Shown: positions 39,610 to 49,201 of the stretch, in pieces
Layout: each line of letters starts with the position of its first letter
Position numbering within the stretch: the first letter of the stretch is position 1
Sequence record: DRR723986_1345
Strand: one strand, 5' to 3'
DNA: 50,808 nt
Notes under the pieces: model-generated
Database searches by the model: none
What the model was told of the DNA's origin: nothing
Seen by the model: only the letters and a program-made list of their open reading frames with translations
Position numbers and translations under genes: made by a program

Positions 39610-41049
39610 TCACGCCTGCGGAACGAAATTGCCGTGGAAGCCGGGCGGGATGCGGTATGGGATGTGCACTTCTGCCACCGGCGGCGCGGTGAAGTTCGCC
39701 GCGTCCAGCACCACAAAGTCTGACGTGCCGGACTCGACATTGCTGACATAGCCGATCACCCAACCCTCGTCTTCGCCCGCGCTTTCATGCGCTGGCACGA
39801 AAACGAATTCCGCCGGCACCCGGCCCGGGCCGAAATCATGGACGTCGCGTTTGCCCGTACCAAGATCATGCTTGAACAGACAGGTCGCGCCGACAAAACC
39901 GTCATCTGCCTGGTCCGGCAAGGCCACAACATAGACATAACGATAGGGCTTGCCCGTCAGGCGTTCGTCATAACGCGGGAATTCCTGCGGCGCCGGGTCA
40001 ACCACCTCACGGGTCACGGTCTTCGCGACCGGATCCATGGTCAGGGATTCGAACTTCGCCGTTGGCGAGTCCGGGCCATGGCCATCGGTATCGAACATTG
40101 TCTCATAGACACAGGCGTCCATGACCACTTTGCCGTCTTCGGTCTCGTAAGCGTTTGCGGGATGGAAGATGTAGCAGGGATCGACGTCACACCAGATGAT
40201 GTCTTCTCCCCTGCCCTCGCGCGGCAACAGGCCGATGCGGGCCTTGTGCTTCGGGTTCCAGCGGAAGGGGAAGCTCGCCCCGCCCATCAGGGCCGACATG
40301 GAGAAAGTCACTGGCAGGTCCATCACGATCACATAATTTGGCGTGATCTGGCAGTCATGGATCATCGGACCATTCTTGACGGTGATGGGCTCGTTGCGGC
40401 GGACATGGCCGCTCGTATCGACCACGGTGTGCCAGATCGTATCCGGGTGCTGCGCCTCATAGCAGATCGCATGCATCTCGCCGGTGTCCGGATCGACGTG
40501 CGGGTGAGCGGAATAGGACTCGCCCAGCGTGCCGTCGAAATCGGAATGCGCGATCGTCGTCAGGTCATCCGCCATCTCGACCGGATACCCGCCGGCTTCG
40601 ACAATCGCCCACAGCTTGCCGGCATGGCCGACAATGTTGGTGTTGGCGACATCCGTACGCGGATGGCGCGGGCCGGGGGCGCGCGGCTCCCCCAGCGCAT
40701 CGCTGACCGCATTGGAGCGGACCCAGCGGTTGCGGTACCAGAGGGCCTTGCCATCCTGCAGGCGGATTCCGTGGATCATGGCATCGCCAATGAACCAGTG
40801 ATGCGTCGCGGCGTTCACCTTGGCCAGCGGGTTCGGCCCGTTGCGGACATAGAGCCCGTTCAGCGCCGCGGGAATTTCACCCGTCACCTTCAGCGCCGTA
40901 TCGGTCACTTCTTCCGTGACCGGCGTATGCAGGCCTTCCAGGAAAGGGTTGGGGCCTTTTGACTTCTTGCGTTCGCGATTGAAGTCAGCGATGGCCACGA
41001 CACCTTTGGTGACGACGCCTCGAATGGCAGATTCTACAGGGCTGGGCAT
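39610..41049 (-). CDS. Carotenoid-cleavage oxygenase family dioxygenase
   Basis: RNGPNP, HWFIGD, four Fe-ligand His (SAHP, MIHD, IFHP, GFHG), EFPR, EDEG. Confidence 0.92.
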   Translation of the reverse strand: MPSPVESAIRGVVTKGVVAIADFNRERKKSKGPNPFLEGLHTPVTEEVTDTALKVTGEIPAALNGLYVRNGPNPLAKVNAATHHWFIGDAMIHGIRLQDGKALWYRNRWVRSNAVSDALGEPRAPGPRHPRTDVANTNIVGHAGKLWAIVEAGGYPVEMADDLTTIAHSDFDGTLGESYSAHPHVDPDTGEMHAICYEAQHPDTIWHTVVDTSGHVRRNEPITVKNGPMIHDCQITPNYVIVMDLPVTFSMSALMGGASFPFRWNPKHKARIGLLPREGRGEDIIWCDVDPCYIFHPANAYETEDGKVVMDACVYETMFDTDGHGPDSPTAKFESLTMDPVAKTVTREVVDPAPQEFPRYDERLTGKPYRYVYVVALPDQADDGFVGATCLFKHDLGTGKRDVHDFGPGRVPAEFVFVPAHESAGEDEGWVIGYVSNVESGTSDFVVLDAANFTAPPVAEVHIPYRIPPGFHGNFVPQA

Positions 41050-41088
41050 GATCAGTGACTCCGTGTCGCGTTGCGGGAAAGAGAAACT

Positions 41089-41134
41089 ATGTTTACAGTG
41101 CTAACATGACACCGGATGATAACACTGTCAACAT
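41089..41134. promoter_or_regulatory. Tandem palindromic TetR operators
   Basis: ATGTTTACAGTGCTAACAT (41089-41107) and ATGATAACACTGTCAACAT (41116-41134), in the divergent oxygenase/tetR gap. Confidence 0.75.
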
Positions 41135-41705
41135 GAAGTCGCGCGACGGGCGCTACCATCATGGCGACCTGCGCTCGGCCCTCATCGAGGAAGGCCTCGC
41201 CCAGCTCGACGTGAAGGCCCCGGATGCCGTCAGCCTGCGCGAAATCGCGCGCAACGTGGGCGTATCGGCAACGGCGGTGTACCGGCATTTCCCGGACAAG
41301 GCCGCGCTCCTGAACGCGCTTTGCAGCGTCGGCGGTGATCGCCTGGCCGAAGCGTTCCGAGAAGCCATGGACGGCGCCGCAGATCAGCGGGCGGCGTTCC
41401 GCGCCATGGGCCGGGCCTATGTGAAGTTTGCCCTGCGCAATCCATCCGTCTTCCGCCTGATGATGACACAGCGCCCGACGGAAGGTGACCGCAGCGAGAC
41501 GCCCTGCGCCACCGACAAACCCTTTGGCATGCTGTCAGACACGCTGGATGGCCTGATGCCGGGTGAAGCCTCCAAGGCCGACCGGAAGATCAAGCGCCTG
41601 CAGGCCTGGTCCATGGTGCATGGCCTGGCCATGCTGATGCTGGACGGACAGGTCCCGCGGGACGAAGCGCTCGTCGATCAGGTGATCGTTGCGAGCTTTC
41701 TCTAG
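41133..41705 (+). CDS. TetR family regulator (WHG-type C-terminal domain)
   Basis: YHHGDLRSAL, SLREIARNVGVSATAVYRHF, AWSMVHGLA; start could be 41106. Confidence 0.9.
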   Translation: MKSRDGRYHHGDLRSALIEEGLAQLDVKAPDAVSLREIARNVGVSATAVYRHFPDKAALLNALCSVGGDRLAEAFREAMDGAADQRAAFRAMGRAYVKFALRNPSVFRLMMTQRPTEGDRSETPCATDKPFGMLSDTLDGLMPGEASKADRKIKRLQAWSMVHGLAMLMLDGQVPRDEALVDQVIVASFL

Positions 41706-41753
41706 ACGGATCAGGCTCTAGGCTGATCCGCGAATCCGGCGCATATTCCTGTC

Positions 41754-42176
41754 ATGTTTCAGAACCTTGCTGCGCTCGCGTCCAATCTTGGTCTTATCTT
41801 CTCTGCCCTGGCGATCGGTTCGTCCTGGGTGGCGGCCATCGCGGCGCCGAATTGCAGTTTCGAGGAACTGGACGGCAGCCGGGCCGACCGGCACGTGCGG
41901 GAACTGTTGCACGCCACCTCTACCCCCATCGCCGGCATGATGCTGGCGGCCGGGGCCTGTTTCCTGCTGGCAACGCATTGGGCCGCAGGCGTGACCGCCC
42001 TGCTCGCGGCTTTCGGATTCTATTCGAACCGCTGGATGCTGGCCCCGAAGACCGGCAAGACCCCGCATGGATCGCGCACCAGCCGCAAGGGCCAGCGGGC
42101 CGTCTCAGTCAGCCTGTCACTGATTTTCATGCTGGTCGCGATCATCGCCGCGATCCTCGGAATGGTCGGAATCTGA
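41754..42176 (+). CDS. Hypothetical membrane protein
   Basis: Three to four TM segments and good codon bias. Confidence 0.65.
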   Translation: MFQNLAALASNLGLIFSALAIGSSWVAAIAAPNCSFEELDGSRADRHVRELLHATSTPIAGMMLAAGACFLLATHWAAGVTALLAAFGFYSNRWMLAPKTGKTPHGSRTSRKGQRAVSVSLSLIFMLVAIIAAILGMVGI

Positions 42177-42196
42177 GCCCTGACTGCTTTCCGCGC

Positions 42197-42577
42197 CTAT
42201 TCGTAGACCAGCCACATACAGCCAAGCTCGTGCAGGCGGCGGAAATTGTCCGTCGAGCGCCGGGCCGCATTGCGCGCCGCTTCACCCGCGGATTTCCGGT
42301 TCGCCGCCAGCATCAGCACGCAGGCCGCCAACCCGACGAAGAACATCCACCAGGCCACGGTGATCGTGCCGACCCCGCCGACGAAGCAGAGGCCGTAGGC
42401 GATGGCATCCAGCGTACGGAAGCGGAGGCCGTTAAAGGCGCCGAACTCGTTCAGCAGGTCCGGCTTCTTGTGCAGCGCCTCGGCGTCGATGGCGAAACGC
42501 TGGTCGGCATGATGGAACATGACCGCCCGGGTCATACGCCCGCCCTGATGCGGATTGGGTTCGCATTTGAGGAACAT
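42197..42577 (-). CDS. Hypothetical membrane protein
   Basis: GGAGAGG RBS; two TM segments. Confidence 0.65.
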   Translation of the reverse strand: MFLKCEPNPHQGGRMTRAVMFHHADQRFAIDAEALHKKPDLLNEFGAFNGLRFRTLDAIAYGLCFVGGVGTITVAWWMFFVGLAACVLMLAANRKSAGEAARNAARRSTDNFRRLHELGCMWLVYE

Positions 42578-42773
42578 GGGTCAGCCTCTCCGGCGGTTGA
42601 GGCCTAAGAACTAGCAGCTGCTCCTTAACCCGAGACGGGCGCGAAATTGAAAGTTTCAGGCAAATTCAATCGACTGCGTTTACCCTTCGGTAAGGCGCCC
42701 GGCTGGCGAATCCATTTGCCACATCCGTATTGCGGCCATATGCTGCAGCGCAACATGAAAGGTTGGTAAGGCG

Positions 42774-44060
42774 ATGCTGTACTCCCTTGTCGAACTGAAC
42801 CGTGCCGCAATGGCGCCGATGCGTCTGGCCGCGCGTGCAGGCCGTATGGCGCTGCACTCCTCGATGAACCCCATCGCGAACACAGATTACGGCAAGGCGC
42901 TGATCGCGTTTGCCGACGTGTTCGAAAGCGCCACCCGCTATTATGGAAAGCCCGAATGGGGCATCGAATCGGTCAAAATCAACAGTGCCCCGGTGGGCGT
43001 GACCCCGACGGTCGCGTGGAAATCGCCGTGGTGCAATCTTGTACATTTCCGCAAGGATCCGGACGCGCTGGCCTTCGCCCGCAAACCTGGCGCTGCGCCC
43101 TTGCCGCGCATGCTCATCGTGGCGCCGCTGTCGGGCCACTATGCCACCCTGCTGCGCGGAACGGTCGAAGGTTTCCTGCCGACCCATGATGTCTACATCA
43201 CCGACTGGGCCGACGCGCGCATGGCGCCGGTCTGGCTCGGCCGGTTCGATCTCGACGATTACATGGACCATGTCCGCAAGATGATCACCCATATCGGCCC
43301 GGGTGCGCATGTGCTGGGCGTCTGCCAGCCCGGCCCGCCGGTCCTGGCAGCGATCTCGATGATGGCCGAGGATGATGATCCGAACCGCCCGGCTTCAATG
43401 ACCTTCATGGGTTCGCCCATCGACACCCGCCGCAGCCCGACCGTGCCGAACGAACTGGCCGAGGAACGCGACTTCAGCTGGTTCGAGGAGAACATGATCC
43501 ACACGGTGCCGGGCCCCTATCCGGGGGCATTCCGGCGCGTCTATCCCGGCTTCGTCCAGCTCGCCTCCTTCATGAACATGAATTGGGGCCGCCACGTCGA
43601 CGCGCAGTGGCGCTTCTTCAACCACCTTGTTGAAGGCGACGGCGACAATGCCGGCAAGCACCGCGAATTCTATGACGAATATCTGTCGGTCCTCGATCTG
43701 ACGGAAGAGTTCTACCTGCAGACAATCCTGCGCGTATTCCAGGAACACCATCTGCCCCGCGGCATCATGAAATACCGCTACACGCGCCAGATCCGTCCGG
43801 AAAAGATCCGCGACGTAGCGCTGATGACCGTGGAAGGCGAGAAGGACGATATCTCAGGGATCGGCCAGACGCAGGCGGCACACGACCTCTGCACCAATCT
43901 GCCGAAAGACATGCAGCTGGACTATATCCAGCCGGGCGTCGGCCATTATGGCGTGTTCAACGGCAATCGTTTCCGGACCGAGATCGCCCCGCGCGTGACC
44001 GAGTTCACCCGCCGCTTCACGCATCGCGAGCTGGACGAGGCCGCGCTGGACCATCACTAA
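42774..44060 (+). CDS. phaZ: Intracellular PHB depolymerase
   Basis: VAPLSGHYATLLRGTV, GVCQPG (catalytic Cys), RRVYPGF, EGEKDDI, VGHYGVF. Confidence 0.93.
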   Translation: MLYSLVELNRAAMAPMRLAARAGRMALHSSMNPIANTDYGKALIAFADVFESATRYYGKPEWGIESVKINSAPVGVTPTVAWKSPWCNLVHFRKDPDALAFARKPGAAPLPRMLIVAPLSGHYATLLRGTVEGFLPTHDVYITDWADARMAPVWLGRFDLDDYMDHVRKMITHIGPGAHVLGVCQPGPPVLAAISMMAEDDDPNRPASMTFMGSPIDTRRSPTVPNELAEERDFSWFEENMIHTVPGPYPGAFRRVYPGFVQLASFMNMNWGRHVDAQWRFFNHLVEGDGDNAGKHREFYDEYLSVLDLTEEFYLQTILRVFQEHHLPRGIMKYRYTRQIRPEKIRDVALMTVEGEKDDISGIGQTQAAHDLCTNLPKDMQLDYIQPGVGHYGVFNGNRFRTEIAPRVTEFTRRFTHRELDEAALDHH

Positions 44061-44668
44061 CTGCGTTTCAGGCGCACCGTCAGGCAGTCCGCAGGCAGGC
44101 CCGGATCGCCAGGATCCGGCGTGCGAAGATAGGCTTCGGCTTCCGCCATGGCGGCGGCTTCCGCGGCTTCGTCTCCGGCCACCGCATCGACCCGGCCAAG
44201 GTTTTCCTGGCCCCTGCAGGACAGGCCCTCGATCCGGACGGCGCCGTCCTCAGCGGCATGCAGGCTGACCGCAAAGGGCAATTCGGTTCCATAGGGCACG
44301 GCCACAAAGTCTTCGAGCACTGATCCGGCATTGCCAGCCGGCGCATAGCGGACCTTGTAGACAAGGCCCGTTTCGAGCCGCTGCACCGTGAACCGAGTCT
44401 GCAGGCTGGTCAGCCAGTCGACCATGGCGCGGTTGCGGTCTGCCTTGGCCCGCTCCTGCTTCAGGGTGGTAAAGGCGTCCGCTATCTCGGCCAGCGGATC
44501 GAGCATGTCGTCCGGCCGCGCATTTGAATGCAGCACACTCGTCGGCGGCATCAGACCGGCCCCGTTTGGACCGGTTGCGACATTGTATTGGCCATAGGTG
44601 AGACAGGCAGTGATACCGGCGGCGATCGCAGCTGATGACATCTTCGCCAGAATGGGCAGGGTCAGCAT
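44057..44668 (-). CDS. Exported hypothetical protein
   Basis: Hydrophobic N-terminus; only coherent ORF in the interval; start uncertain. Confidence 0.55.
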   Translation of the reverse strand: MLTLPILAKMSSAAIAAGITACLTYGQYNVATGPNGAGLMPPTSVLHSNARPDDMLDPLAEIADAFTTLKQERAKADRNRAMVDWLTSLQTRFTVQRLETGLVYKVRYAPAGNAGSVLEDFVAVPYGTELPFAVSLHAAEDGAVRIEGLSCRGQENLGRVDAVAGDEAAEAAAMAEAEAYLRTPDPGDPGLPADCLTVRLKRS

Positions 44669-44807
44669 GGGGCGCCGGTCTCCGATTGTCCGAAAACCTG
44701 TTTCTCCGCTGATTTCGTAAACAGGGCCCTTCCCTCCGGAATGCATACGCTTTCAACCTCTCCCGCCTTGCCTGGGAGAGCTGCAAAGGGCATGCCGGGC
44801 AGCCTGC

Positions 44808-45593
44808 CTAGTGGTCGATTTCGTGCGGCGCCGGGACAATGTGGCCGCCCTCGTCCTCATGCGGGTGCAGCGGCATGAGCGCCATCAGGATGGCCAGTCC
44901 CACGCCGGCACTCAGCGCGATCAGGCTGCGCAGGGGTGGCTCTTCCTCCAGCGGCTCCATCAGCGGCCCGGTGGCCACATAGAGCAGGAGGCCGGCGGAG
45001 ACCGCGAACAGGCTGCCGACAATGTCAGGCGTCAGGCCGTACATGAACGGCGTTGCGACGATGACGCCCAGCGGGGTCGTCGCCGCAGAGGCGATGAACG
45101 CCCAGACAAAGGCTTCGCGGTTCGAGAAGCTGTGGCGGCGCAGAATCGCAAAAGCGATCACGCCTTCCGGGAACTCGTGCAGCATCAGAGAGGCCGCGGC
45201 ATAAACGCCCGAGGAGAAGCTGGCGGCGAAGGTGACCGAATAGATCATGCCGTCCAGCAGGGAGTGGATCGCCACTGCCGCAATCGGCGTGATCGCGGCT
45301 GCCCGCCCCCGGTCAGAGCGTTCAGGAAACGCTGCACCGATCCCGAAATGCAGCACGAGACCGCCGAAGAAACCGACCATCAGGAAGACCGGCGTGTGGG
45401 TGCTGAGCTCAAAGGCTTCCGGCGCAATGTGCAGCAGGGTCAGGCTGACAAGCATGCCGCCGGCGGCTAGCGCGAACAGGCCGGAATAGCGCGCACTCCA
45501 GTCCCCGCGCACCGACACGGTGATCAGGCCGAGCGTGGTGATAAAGGCCGCGGTCAAGCCGAACAGCAAAGGGGCCTGGAGGGATTCGAGCAT
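44808..45593 (-). CDS. ZIP family metal transporter
   Basis: HIAPE, AIHSLLDG, LHEFPEG, SAGLLLYV; His-rich tail. Confidence 0.88.
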   Translation of the reverse strand: MLESLQAPLLFGLTAAFITTLGLITVSVRGDWSARYSGLFALAAGGMLVSLTLLHIAPEAFELSTHTPVFLMVGFFGGLVLHFGIGAAFPERSDRGRAAAITPIAAVAIHSLLDGMIYSVTFAASFSSGVYAAASLMLHEFPEGVIAFAILRRHSFSNREAFVWAFIASAATTPLGVIVATPFMYGLTPDIVGSLFAVSAGLLLYVATGPLMEPLEEEPPLRSLIALSAGVGLAILMALMPLHPHEDEGGHIVPAPHEIDH

Positions 45594-45660
45594 GTGTGCG
45601 TAAACCGGCGGCGTTCGTGAAAATGGCAGAAGGACTTCTGCAAGCCCCGCCTTGATTAAA

Positions 45661-45677
45661 TGTGATATAGTATCACA
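45661..45677. promoter_or_regulatory. Zur-box-like perfect palindrome
   Basis: TGTGATA-TAG-TATCACA (7-3-7), between divergent zinc transport genes; resembles the Zur consensus TGTTATA-N3-TATAACA. Confidence 0.8.
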
Positions 45678-45745
45678 ATCGGGTTCGCGACAAAAATATT
45701 GACCTTTCTGCACTTATCCACTGTGTGGCGCACCGGAGGCCCACA

Positions 45746-46369
45746 ATGATTTCAATCCGTTTCTGGCCGGTTGCGGCCTTGTCCGCCGCCACCTTGCTGG
45801 GACTTGCTGCGTGTAGTCCGGCCAGCGCGCCTTATGAGCCGCCGGCCCCGCCGCCCGCACCCGCCCCTGAGGCGGCACCGGCAGATGACGCGACAAGCCT
45901 CGCTGCGCAAGCCGCCGTCGAAGCAATCGAAGAGGTCCATGACCACGAAGAAGGCCATGCCGGCGAAGCGCATGTGCATGGCGGCGGAGAACTGGCAATC
46001 ACGCGGGAGGACGACTTCCTGACGGTCAGTCTCGATGCCCCGCTCGCCAATTTCGGCCTGTCCGAAACGAAAGTGCCGAAAGGCGCCAAAGCCGAGAAAT
46101 ACGCCGAAGGCATCGTTGAACCGATCGGGCCGACGGTCTGCGAAGAAACCGAACGCTCCATCACAGGCCGCACCGATGGCACCCATGGCGCGATGACCGT
46201 GTCGGTCGTCTGGCGCTGCAAGAAGATCGACCGGGTGGAGGGCATGCTGGTGCACGTCTTCGACCTCTATCCGGCGTTTGAACATATCGACGCGATCTAT
46301 CTCGGCCCCGACGGCCAGCAGGTCGCCAAGGAACTCACCCCAAGCGACACAGAGATCGATTTCGACTGA
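45746..46369 (+). CDS. zrgA: ZrgA/DUF2796 zinc-binding lipoprotein
   Basis: Lipobox LAAC; HDHEEGHAGEAHVHG; PLANFG; GGAGG RBS. Confidence 0.75.
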   Translation: MISIRFWPVAALSAATLLGLAACSPASAPYEPPAPPPAPAPEAAPADDATSLAAQAAVEAIEEVHDHEEGHAGEAHVHGGGELAITREDDFLTVSLDAPLANFGLSETKVPKGAKAEKYAEGIVEPIGPTVCEETERSITGRTDGTHGAMTVSVVWRCKKIDRVEGMLVHVFDLYPAFEHIDAIYLGPDGQQVAKELTPSDTEIDFD

Positions 46370-47079
46370 TGCAGCCTGAGACCCCCGGCACGGATGCCAT
46401 CCGGGTAGAAAGCCTTCGTTTTGCCTGGCCGGGGCATCCGCCCGTCCTGGATATCGAGAGCTTTACTCTTGGCCGGGGCGAAAAGCTGTTCCTGCGCGGA
46501 CCATCCGGGTCCGGAAAGTCGACCCTGCTGGGCCTGATCGCCGGCGTGCTGAGCCCGGAAACCGGCACGATCAATGTGCTGGGCAATGACATGGCGATGC
46601 TCAGCGCGGCGAAACGTGACCGCGTGCGGGCCGACCATCTGGGCGTCATCTTCCAGATGTTCAATCTGGTGCCGTACCTGTCTGTTACCGGGAATGTCAC
46701 GCTGCCGCTGCACTTCTCCCCGGCCCGCCGCGCAAAGGTCGGTAAGGACGCAGAAGGCGAAGCCCGGCGACTGCTCGGCCGGCTCGGCCTCACGGATGAA
46801 ACCCTGCTGGAACGACGTGTCTCTGACCTTTCCGTCGGCCAGCAGCAGCGCGTCGCCGCCGCCCGCGCCCTCATGGGCGGGCCGGACATCGTGATTGCCG
46901 ATGAGCCGACCTCCGCCCTCGATGCCGATGCACGCGACCGGTTCATCGAACTCCTCAGCGAGGAAGCCGGGCGCACCGGCGCGGCCCTCCTGTTCGTCAG
47001 TCACGATGCAAGCCTTGCCCGCCAGTTCGACCGGGCGGTCGACCTTTCCGAAATCAACAAGGCGGGGGTAAGCGCATGA
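46369..47079 (+). CDS. ABC ATPase (ZrgB-like)
   Basis: GPSGSGKSTLL, FQMFNLVPYL, LSVGQQQRVAAARAL, DEPTS; TGATG coupling to zrgA. Confidence 0.9.
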   Translation: MQPETPGTDAIRVESLRFAWPGHPPVLDIESFTLGRGEKLFLRGPSGSGKSTLLGLIAGVLSPETGTINVLGNDMAMLSAAKRDRVRADHLGVIFQMFNLVPYLSVTGNVTLPLHFSPARRAKVGKDAEGEARRLLGRLGLTDETLLERRVSDLSVGQQQRVAAARALMGGPDIVIADEPTSALDADARDRFIELLSEEAGRTGAALLFVSHDASLARQFDRAVDLSEINKAGVSA

Positions 47080-48344
47080 AGGCCCTGTTTGCCCTTGCCT
47101 GGAAAAGCCTGCTGAACCGGCGCGCTTCAGTTCTGTTGACCCTGCTGGCCGTCGCCCTGTCGGTCGCCCTGTTCCTCGGCGTCGACAAGGCACGTACGGG
47201 GGCACGTGAAGGCTTCGGCCACACGATCTCCGGCACGGACCTCATCATCGGCGCCCCGACCGGCAGTGTGAACCTGCTGCTCTATTCGGTCTTCCGGATG
47301 GGCAATGCGACGGCGGAGATTTCCTGGCCGACCTATCAGGAACTGGCCGCACGCGATGACATTGCGTGGACCGTGCCGATCTCGCTAGGCGACAGCCATC
47401 GCGGCTTCCGCGTGATGGGCACGAACCATGCCTATTTCGAGCACTACCAGTATGGCCGCGGCCAGCCGCTCCGCTTCGCCAAAGGCGTCGAAATGGACGA
47501 TCTGTTCGATGCCGTGATCGGCGCCGACGTCGCCCGCGAGCTTGGCTATGACATCGGCAGCCCGCTGGTTCTATCGCACGGGCTCGGCAAGGCAGATTTC
47601 GGCTCGGGCCACGAGAACCGGCCCTTCCGCGTGGTCGGCATCCTCGCGCCAACCGGCACGCCGGTCGACCGCACCGTGATCGTCTCCCTTGAAGCCATCA
47701 CGGCCATTCACGTCGGCTGGGAAACCGGCGCCAAGAATCCGATGGCGGACTCGATCACCGAAGACATGATCCGCAGCTTCAACCTGACACCCAAGACGAT
47801 CACAGCCGTCTATGCCGGCCTGCAGCGCAAGGGCACGATCCTGCGCACGCGTCGCGAGATCAATACCAACAAGGGCGAACCGCTGATGGCGATCATTCCC
47901 GGTGAAGCGCTGGCCGAGCTGTGGAGCGTCACCGCCATGGCCGAGCGCGCCCTGTTGGCGGTTTCCATTTTCGTGATCGCCGTCGGCGTCGTCTCGATTC
48001 TCACCTCCATCCTGACCAGCCTGAACGAGCGGCGGCGCGAGATGTCGATCCTGCGGGCCGTCGGCGCCCGCCCGGGCCATATCTTCGGCCTGCTGACACT
48101 GGAAGCCGGCCTGATCGGTTTCCTCGGCGCCCTGCTCGGCATTCTGATCGTGCACGGCCTGATCCTGATCGCCGGGCCGATCGTAATGCAGCGCTATGGC
48201 ATTTCCCTCGGCGGCACAGGCCCCGGCCTGACAGACCTTCTGACATTGCTGGCGGTGACTGGCGCCTCCCTGCTGGCCGGAGCCATTCCGGCCTGGGCCG
48301 CTTTCCGCAGATCCCTCGCTGACGGTCTGTCCGTGAAGTTGTAG
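47076..48344 (+). CDS. MacB/FtsX-type ABC permease (ZrgC-like)
   Basis: AWKSLLNRR, LLLYSVFRMG, PISLGDSHRGFRV, ERRREMSILRAVGA. Confidence 0.9.
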   Translation: MKALFALAWKSLLNRRASVLLTLLAVALSVALFLGVDKARTGAREGFGHTISGTDLIIGAPTGSVNLLLYSVFRMGNATAEISWPTYQELAARDDIAWTVPISLGDSHRGFRVMGTNHAYFEHYQYGRGQPLRFAKGVEMDDLFDAVIGADVARELGYDIGSPLVLSHGLGKADFGSGHENRPFRVVGILAPTGTPVDRTVIVSLEAITAIHVGWETGAKNPMADSITEDMIRSFNLTPKTITAVYAGLQRKGTILRTRREINTNKGEPLMAIIPGEALAELWSVTAMAERALLAVSIFVIAVGVVSILTSILTSLNERRREMSILRAVGARPGHIFGLLTLEAGLIGFLGALLGILIVHGLILIAGPIVMQRYGISLGGTGPGLTDLLTLLAVTGASLLAGAIPAWAAFRRSLADGLSVKL

Positions 48345-48399
48345 CAAGGTTGTCAAACCCGTCTGGCACATCCCTCCCTGAAAGCCTAAGAAAACAGTC

Positions 48400-49095
48400 A
48401 TGAAGCGCTCCCTCCTCCTCCCCGCCCTCGTCCTGATCAGCCTGTCGCCCGCCTGTGGCCAGGCCACTGCCCCCCCCGCCGATGCGGAAACGCCTGCCGA
48501 AGCGAAAGTCAGCACGGCTGAGCCTTCAGGCCCGCAGGTCGGCGACAAGATCGGGGAGAGCGAAGCTGAACAGGCCGCAAAGGACTCCTCTGTTGCCGCA
48601 GCTGCAGCTGCAGCCCTGAAGGAGCAGGAAGAAATCAAGGCTCGCGGCGTCACCGAGATCGGCTGGGAAGACCTGATGCCGGAAGGCGAGGAAGAGCGCC
48701 TGCAGAAGATGTTCGCCGCCCAGATGGCAACGCTCTATTCCATCCAGGAAGGCTCCGCCGCAGACACGGCCACGCAGATCGGCTCGTTCAACACGGTCGA
48801 CACCTATGACGGCAAGAAGATCCGCATGCCGGGCTACACCGTGCCATTCTCATACGATGCCAAGGCCGAGATCCGCGAATTCCTGCTGGTGCCCTATTTC
48901 GGCGCATGCATCCACGCCCCGCCGCCGCCGCCGAACCAGACCATTTTCGTGCGTACCGAAGATCCGATCCTGCTGAAGGACCTGCCACAGGCCGTCTGGA
49001 TCGAAGGCACGCTTCATGCACAGAAGCAGGAAAGCGACCTCGCGGACGCTGCCTACATCATCGATCTGACCCGGGTGGAGAAATACGAATACTGA
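48400..49095 (+). CDS. DUF3299 protein (ZrgD-like)
   Basis: WEDLMP, PGYTVP, EFLLVPYFGACIHAPPPPPNQ. Confidence 0.88.
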   Translation: MKRSLLLPALVLISLSPACGQATAPPADAETPAEAKVSTAEPSGPQVGDKIGESEAEQAAKDSSVAAAAAAALKEQEEIKARGVTEIGWEDLMPEGEEERLQKMFAAQMATLYSIQEGSAADTATQIGSFNTVDTYDGKKIRMPGYTVPFSYDAKAEIREFLLVPYFGACIHAPPPPPNQTIFVRTEDPILLKDLPQAVWIEGTLHAQKQESDLADAAYIIDLTRVEKYEY

Positions 49096-49111
49096 TAGCG
49101 GGAAAAAGCGC

Positions 49112-49128
49112 TGGTACCTCTGGCCGGA
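49112..49128 (-). mobile_element. att site: isolated duplicate of a tRNA 3' end (probably tRNA-Leu)
   Basis: Minus strand TCCGGCCAGAGGTACCA = 3' T-stem strand, acceptor strand, discriminator A and CCA. Upstream sequence lacks a TTCG loop and a 5' acceptor strand, so it is not a full tRNA. Confidence 0.75.
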
Positions 49129-49201
49129 TCGGCAGGGACCTCTAGGGCGCCGCTGAATCCCCCGTAGTTATTGGGGTCTAGCGCAGTCTAGGTACTCGCG
49201 T

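Noticed and set aside
49112-49200. Possible complete tRNA gene
   Set aside because: Only the last 17 nt fit; no TTCG T-loop, D-arm or complementary 5' acceptor strand. Reported as an att fragment instead.
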